Source: Octopus vulgaris (lineage: Eukaryota). Taken from it: a DNA stretch of 64,000 nt. Below are positions 55,999 through 64,000 of the stretch, in pieces. The position numbers and the translations under genes are program-made. The stretch's first letter is position 1. The number at the start of each line of letters is the position of its first letter. The notes below the pieces were generated by a model that had not been told where the DNA came from, searched no databases, and saw nothing but the letters and a program-made list of their open reading frames with translations. The stretch covers positions 72,540,001 to 72,604,000 of the forward strand of contig OX597825.1 in NCBI GenBank assembly GCA_951406725.2. The letters are read 5' to 3'.

Positions 55999-56133
55999 TA
56001 TGTATATACATATATATAAATATATACATATACATATAAATATATATGTTTATGTATATGTATATATATATATACATACATATGTATGCGCGTATATATA
56101 TATAAATATTATATATATATATATAAAAATTGT

Positions 56134-56169
<36 letters not shown>

Positions 56170-56370
56170 TAGACAAACACTTATACGTATATATATTAAG
56201 TTGTCCACAAGTTGAAAGTTTACAATAATTAGGAAATGTCAATAATTATTTTGGTAATGACAGATATATCAAACTGGTTTTACCAATCAAAGCAAAAGTT
56301 ATGATTGTCTCTGTGTGTGTATATATATATATTTGTTTGTATATGTGTGTATCTATGTATCTATGTATTT

Positions 56371-56492
<122 letters not shown>

Positions 56493-56928
56493 GTATGTGT
56501 GTATGTATTTAATTTTTGCAAAGTTTCTTAAGCATCAAAAGTCTTATGTCTACAATATATAACATACTGCATATATGTTAATAGGAGCAGTTGTCATGGT
56601 ATTGACAATTAAAGATTGTCATAACAATGAGTTTCACACGTACATTTCTATTCGATATGAATTCGTCTTGTTTCCGTAGCCAATTAAAACCTTTATGACA
56701 ACCCGTAGTCGGCGCCAACAGTACTTTTGAAAGATGTAATGTGCGCCGTGGTTTAAGCTCTAAACACTTAAAGTTGATTTCTTGTTCGGTTTCGACTTCG
56801 GATTATACGCATTTCTTAACATCCGTGCCAAAGGAGATAAGTTTGGCTTTATCCACAAACCGGGTTTCAACTTAGGTTCACGTCACAATTTCCATGAATC
56901 ATTTTCCTATCATTATTGAAACTGTATT

Positions 56929-57251
56929 TAAAAGACTCCGCCGGTTACGACGACGAGGGTCCCAGCTGATACGATCAACGGAACAGCTTGCTCGTGAAAT
57001 TAACGTGCAAATGGCTGAGCATTCCACAGACACGTGTACTCTTAACGTAGTTCTCGGGGATAATCAGCGTGACACAGAGAGTGACAAGGCTGACCCTTTG
57101 AAATACAAGTACAACTCATTTTTGCCAGCTGAGTGGATGGAGCAACGTGAAATAAAGTGTCTTGCTCAAGGACACAACGCGTCGCCGGGAATCGAACTCA
57201 CAACCTTACGATCATGAGCCGAATGCCCTAACCACTAAGCCACGCGCCCTC
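56929..57251 (-). mobile_element. SINE family D with tail type 2
   Basis: tRNA head; TSD TTGAAACTGTATT at 56916-56928 and 57252-57264; 3' ~180 bp shared with 17118-17305. Confidence 0.9.
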
Positions 57252-57276
57252 TTGAAACTGTATTACCCATCTTATT

Positions 57277-57652
57277 AAGGCGACGAGCCGGCAGAATTGT
57301 CAACACTTCGGGCAAAATCCTTACCGGCATTTCATTCGACTTATTACATTCTGAGCTCAAAACCTTGCCGAGGTTGACTTTGCCGTTCATCCTTTCGGAG
57401 TCCATAAAATAATACCAGACGACCAATGGGGGAGGGGTCGATGTAATCGGCCTGCCCGTCCCCTCAAGACTGCTAGCCTTGTGGCTGTGTGGTAAGTAGC
57501 TTGCTTACCAACCACATGGTTTCGGCTTCAGTCCCACTGCATGGTACCTTGAGCAAGTGTCTTCTACTATAGCGTCGGGCCGACCAAAGCTTTGTGAGTG
57601 GATTTGGTAGCCGGAAACTGAAAGAAGCCCGTCGTATATATGTGTGTATGTG

Positions 57653-57683
<31 letters not shown>

Positions 57684-57890
57684 ATGTTTGTGTGTCTGTG
57701 TTTGTCCCTCCAACATCGCTTGCCAACCGATGCTAGTGTGCTTATGTCCCCGTAACTTAGCGGTTCCGCATAAGAGACCGATAGACTAAGTACTAGGCTT
57801 ACAAATAATAAGTCCTGGGGTCGATTTGCGCGACTATAGGTGCTTCTCCAGTATGGCCAAAGTCAAATGACTGAAACAAGTAAAAGAGTA
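57277..57890 (+). mobile_element. SINE family B (57277-57482) abutting SINE family C (57481-57890)
   Basis: Family-diagnostic motifs of both. Confidence 0.85.
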
Positions 57891-58459
57891 GTGTATAACC
57901 CTCCATATTTGAGAAGATACAGCCTGGGCTTTTAATTGCCTGATATCGTTATATCAGCAGAATTTGAACCCAAAACGTAAGGACGGACGAAATGCTGTTA
58001 AGCATTTTAATAATAATAATAACGAGTGGTACAAGGTGACAACAAATCCAAGTGGATCTGTGTAATTTATGTAAATATGACAGTCGCCTAAAGGTATATT
58101 ATATGGAAATGTATATAATGATATTGATTTTAATGTGTGTGCGTATTTCTGTGTGCCTGTGTGCGTTATGTGTGGGTAAATATACGCGATAGTATATGTG
58201 TGTGTGTTTGTGATCTTGTTGTCTTAACAATAAGGAAAAGAGACAACTAAAGAGCTCGACAAGGGGAGGGAATCAGATGATGAGAGTCATTCAGCACTTG
58301 ACTTTTTATGACGCAATATTTCACTTCTCATGTAGCACTTTTGAAGAACAAGATGAATATCAACAGGTCGAGGCGAAAGGAAGAAAGGGAGGAGGAATAT
58401 GGTAGGAATATGTTGGCTAGAAGAAAAACAGGAGAGACAAAAATCCCGAAGAGAAAAAT

Positions 58460-58510
<51 letters not shown>

Positions 58511-58662
58511 TGTGTGTGTATGTGTGTGTGTGTGTGTGAGTGTGTGTGTGTGTGTGTATAGAAGAAGTGAGTGAGAGAGAGAAAGAGAGAGATTGATTTT
58601 TATTTACGTTGATATTTATATGTATGTATATGAGTATGTGTATGTATGTATGGATGGATGGA

Positions 58663-58717
<55 letters not shown>

Positions 58718-58760
58718 ATATGTATGCATAAACGTATGTATGTATTGGCATATATATATG

Positions 58761-58791
<31 letters not shown>

Positions 58792-58966
58792 GCAATTGAA
58801 TATATATATATACATATATATACATACAAAAATACATATTTATATACAGATATCTTCATATATAAAGATATATATATATTCACATACATATATAGATGTG
58901 CGTGTGCATATATATATATATAAATATATATATATGTATTCATGTATGCACATGCAAATATATGTT

Positions 58967-59030
<64 letters not shown>

Positions 59031-59103
59031 CACATACACATACGTGTGTGTGTGTGTAGGTGCATGTATTTATGTATGTATGCGGATGTGAAAATATATA
59101 TGC

Positions 59104-59136
<33 letters not shown>

Positions 59137-59194
59137 TTCACATAGATAAACACAGGTGAATAAATACCTACACATACGCGCAAGCACACACACA

Positions 59195-59225
<31 letters not shown>

Positions 59226-59868
59226 GCACACGCGCACACACACACGCATATCGATGGTATTCAAAGGGGTATTTCGCTTCTGATTCTCAAGGTGTTTCAA
59301 AAGCATTATTTGTTTCCACTTGGAAGAAAGAGAGAACGAAATGGTGTGGCGTGGCGCGGCGTGGAGTAGACGGGGCAGCGCGGGGCGGGGCGGGCAAGAC
59401 GAAAGCACGTTAACCATCATCCTGATGACGACGACCACGGCGGTGGCGGCGGCGGTGGCGGCGGCGGCGGCGGCGGCGGCTGCTGCTGCGGCTCTAATGG
59501 ATGACGCAGATGATGACGATGGTTGCCAACAGTGTATAAAACAAATGATTAGTCACAAAAGGTGGTAATAACGCTGAAACGAAGAAGTAGGTTTTGGCAT
59601 TTCCTTCAAGTACTTTTGGATGTCAGAGGTTTTTACATTGTAAATAACCAGCCAACGTCTACATTTGCGTTAAACCGTACTTCTACATAATCATCGTGTT
59701 TATCTTTTATATGTCGTAGATCTTCTTGTTGTTGTTGTTGGGGCACTTGTTCTTTTTGTTATTGTTGTTGTTTTGTTATACAGCTTATATTTTCGATTGC
59801 TTGTTTAGTCCCTTATAAGAACATTTTTTAAAAGATCTATCTCAGTTCTACTCATCTCGTATTCGCGA

Positions 59869-59911
<43 letters not shown>

Positions 59912-59955
59912 CATATATATAATATATACTCTCTATGCAGAGGACAAATAGTATT

Positions 59956-59993
<38 letters not shown>

Positions 59994-60306
59994 ACATGTG
60001 TGTATATAGATTATATACATATATATGTTTATGTATATGTGTGTGTGTGTATACAGATAAAAGTACATATATTTTTATTTATGCATGTATATTTGTATTT
60101 GTACATAAATACTTACACGCAACCACACACACATACACAAACACACATACACACACACACATACACACACACATACACATATCTCAATTTAAGCCTACGA
60201 CAAACTGTTATGTATCAATCAATAACTATACATTCATAACAGATTACAACTTGCATGATATATACATTATAAATATGTACATAAGTGTGTATGTATATTA
60301 TATATG

Positions 60307-60358
<52 letters not shown>

Positions 60359-60882
60359 CACACACGCTCAGATACACATAAAAGGTGAAGGGGTATGGCT
60401 CAGTAGTCAGAGCGTCAGCTTCACAATCATGAGGTAGTGAGGTTCGATTCCCGATTCCCGGACACCGGGGTGTATGTTGTGTTCTTGAGCAAGATGCTTC
60501 TTTTCACGTTGTCCCAGTTCATTCAAAACACTGTTATGCGAGTGTAAATATATATATATATATAAAATTTAAAGGACTGACCACTAAATGTGGACTGTCA
60601 ATATGCTAGATATAGACGTCAAAATCGCTATTTTCCACGAAGAATGTGTTCTCAAATAAAAACTCAGCACAAACCAAAGTGTAAAAAATAAGCAAGACAA
60701 ATGAAAATATACGAAATAATAACGATTACCTATGTACTGATCAGTTTCGCTTGTTAATATCCACGCATATAGATACATGGAAATCTGCAAGCTCATCAGC
60801 ATAGTCTGTCGTATACAAATATAATTTCCAGGACTAGATACAAAAATGCTTGATTGATTAATATCAATTTCTACCCTTATTC

Positions 60883-60935
<53 letters not shown>

Positions 60936-60939
60936 TATA

Positions 60940-61157
60940 CAGTAATCCCTCACTATATCGCGGTTCACCTATCGCGGTTTATTATTTAAGCTGACGTCGA
61001 TTCCTCCGTAGTATTGTGTTGCTTTTATAATAAAATAAATATATACAAATTATAAAAATAATTTCAAAAAATATATAATACAGTACTGTTTCCACTTCGC
61101 AGATTTTCACCTATCGCGGGGGGAGGGACGTAACACCCGCGATAGTCGAGGGATTAC

Positions 61158-61159
<2 letters not shown>
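60940..61159. mobile_element. Tc1/pogo-type MITE, intact
   Basis: TIRs CAGTAATCCCTC / GAGGGATTACTG inside (TA)n; sibling at 8413-8961. Confidence 0.85.
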
Positions 61160-61228
<69 letters not shown>

Positions 61229-61287
61229 AAGAGAGAGATATATAGACGTGTGTATGAACCTTTATGGTGCGCGTGTGGGAGGTTGTA

Positions 61288-61318
<31 letters not shown>

Positions 61319-61589
61319 GGCGAATTGTGCAGTTGAGGATGTGTACGTTACAAATGAGGGTGGATGAGTGTATAGTTTTTGGCGCATGCACGTGGGTGTG
61401 CGAGCGCGCATCTGTGGGTGTGTACATGTGCTCTTATGCGAACACTATGAACTTTTTTACCCCCTTACTTTTACTCCCTCTCCTCACTTAGCGGTCATTC
61501 AAATAGCTCTTTTGTCGTAACAACGGTCAATCACACAGTAATTTCCCTTTGTATAATGGTCATTTTTTATAGTATTTTTGTGATGGCCG

Positions 61590-61650
61590 GATAACTGAAG
61601 AGATGGCGGCGTGGTTTTCCACCTCGGCATCCGAAACTAGGAGTTTTATC
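61590..61650 (+). ncRNA. Type I hammerhead motif (canonical core) in a Penelope-like fragment (~61490-61905)
   Basis: GATAA|CTGAAGA|GATGGCGGCGTGG-tttt-CCACCTCGGCATCC|GAAA-CTAGGAG-T|T|TTATC. Confidence 0.7.
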
Positions 61651-61989
61651 ATGGCTACTGAATAATTGTCACACATTACTTTTACAGATAAATTCCTCTA
61701 TTTACATAATATCGAAGTCTCTTTCATTCTTTTGTTCTCTTATGCATTGAGTCGAAATAGGGGCAGCTGATGTAGGGGAATATTCTTTGTATTGTTTGTC
61801 TTGTACTCTGTTTTTTCGTTGTTAAAAAAAGTCCGTTTCCTTGTTTGATTTTATGTTTTCGTTTCTCGTTGTGTTCTACGTTTATTTGTGGTGTCCTGTA
61901 CTCATATATGCATGTATATATACATATATATGTAGGTATGTACATATATGTATGTATGTATGCATATGTTTTATTTATTAAATTGTTAT

Positions 61990-62047
<58 letters not shown>

Positions 62048-62048
62048 T

Positions 62049-62220
62049 AATAACGGGAAGGTTTACGAAAATAAACAAAAGACGAAGGCAGGTGGAGTAC
62101 AAACAAACAAATGTATTTGTATGGCGCTCAAGAATAGAAACAGAACAAGTCTTTTACGTTTCGAGCCTACACTCTTCGACAGAAAGATACACAGAAAAAA
62201 AACAAGGAGAGAAAAGAAAA
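62049..62220 (-). mobile_element. Penelope-like terminal fragment with hammerhead motif at 62150-62187
   Basis: Homologous to 9188-9378; stem II GAGT/GCTC keeps pairing through a G-U wobble. Confidence 0.7.
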
Positions 62221-62449
62221 TGGTGTTAGAACACCTGCAGTGCTAGAAATAAGAGCTAAAACCTCTAATATTATAATTAGACCACATAATTGTCAGTACA
62301 CATGTATAGAATCATGTGCCTTAACTACAGCACGAGAGCTTTTTAGCTGTTGCTTCTGGTAATGTAAGTGGTCTGACACCCTAATCGCATTTAGTGACAA
62401 TTATAGTTTTCCTTTTAGGTTAAACATTGCACACTGCTGTCTGTATTAA

Positions 62450-62496
<47 letters not shown>

Positions 62497-63295
62497 CACC
62501 ACGTGTCTTTGTATATGTACTTTTTTGTGGAGGTAAGTAACTTTTAAGCATTTAAGCTGTTGAATTGGTTCCACTTTAAGAGATTTACTTTCTAAATGAT
62601 TCGATAAGAGCTAGAGTCGTTTTTTTTTTCTTCTTTGTATTTTCAATACGAGACCAAAATTCTTCTGTCAAATCATTAGAGAAGAAGAGTATTCAATGTT
62701 GATTAGGCCCAGCTAATTAGAGTAGAGGAGTCTTTAGTGCTCGTTGGATCAAGAATTTATCGTCAGCTTATTAAAATAAATCCAGGATTTATAATCGGTT
62801 CTACGATATTAGATAAGAGAACTGAGTCGAAAGATATCAAGGAACTTGGAACTAAATACCTGCTCATAATTCCTCTTATCTCTCCATGTTTGTAGTTTAA
62901 GTTTAACCGGAGTCAACTATAAACATACAATACAGCCGGGTTTATTAAATAGTACACTAGGATATATATGCTGTGTACAGTAATTGACCTTCTGTATCGG
63001 CCATTGCTTTCTTCATCGACAATTTTCTTATGTCTAGGAGAAATAATTTATGTTGATTGCTTTCATATTTATTTATATGATGTATGTGAGTGTATGGCTG
63101 TATATTTGAGCGTGTGTGTGTGTGTGTGTTTAAGGCGATAGCCAGCATGGCTGCAGTCCAATGACTGGTAACATTGTAAACGAATAGAATATACACGATC
63201 ACAAACATCCACGCACGCATGATACACACACATATATATATACATACATATATATATACATATTTACATACACACACACGCGTACATACACATGC

Positions 63296-63378
<83 letters not shown>

Positions 63379-64000
63379 TAATGTACTGTGTGTTTGTGTT
63401 AATACATGTATATGCATGTGTGTGCGTGTGTGTATGTCTGTGTCTGTCTGTGTGTGGGTGTGGGCGGATGTGGGTTGGTGGGTGGGTGGGTGTGGGCGGA
63501 TCTGGGTTGGTGTGTGGGTGTGTGAGTGCGTGTGTATGTGTGTAAAATTTATTCTTCAAGAATGTAAAAGGAGACAGGTAGAAGAAAACACAAATACAAT
63601 AACGAAACTAAACGAAACCAAACGAAATCCGTCCCTCACCTGCTTATTTTTGTAAATACAGAATTGTTTATGGAACACAGACAGAAGATTTTGACTATTC
63701 TCAATTAGCTTAAAACGCCTATATATCTTGCAGTCAGTATAATTGAATGGAATTCAATATGTCATTCAGATAATACTAAGCTTGAAACATAAGTCGATTC
63801 ACTATCCTCAAACCTTATTTCTGTAAGCGGATTAATAAAGAGAAGGTCTATTGTTGATACAGTTTGATAGATATCACTTAATACAAAGCTTTGTCTTGCC
63901 TTTGTAATGTTTATGCCCACTATTTTATTTTTATTATATTATAGTCAAAGGAATAACTATTTCAATTAATCTATTCTGTATATTGTTTGTGAGTTTTCTC

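Overview
AT-rich, microsatellite-saturated eukaryotic non-coding DNA. The tRNA-derived SINEs and the density of (TA)n/(CA)n/(ATT)n/(GATA)n/(GAA)n strongly suggest an octopus genome (inference). I find no credible host protein-coding exon: the ORF track is almost entirely microsatellite artefact or transposon debris. The window holds four recurrent SINE families (several copies with clear target-site duplications, TSDs), decayed LINEs (Tx1/L1 ORF2, RTE, R4/Dong, CR1-like), Tc1/mariner remnants, MITEs, an 85-87 bp x7 minisatellite and a 2.3 kb GAA/GAT higher-order repeat. Two observations stand out. (1) Short ORF-less elements, often fold-back and often sitting in (TA)n tracts, carry at least eight hand-foldable minimal type I hammerhead ribozyme motifs of the Penelope-like (PLE) kind, with compensatory core variants (C3-G8, G3-C8, U3-A8) plus U4C and A6U. 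(2) A ~145 bp fragment containing the exact first 27 nt of 18S rRNA plus adjacent putative 5'ETS is inserted antisense inside a Tx1 LINE ORF2. All folds and alignments were done by eye; most boundaries are approximate.
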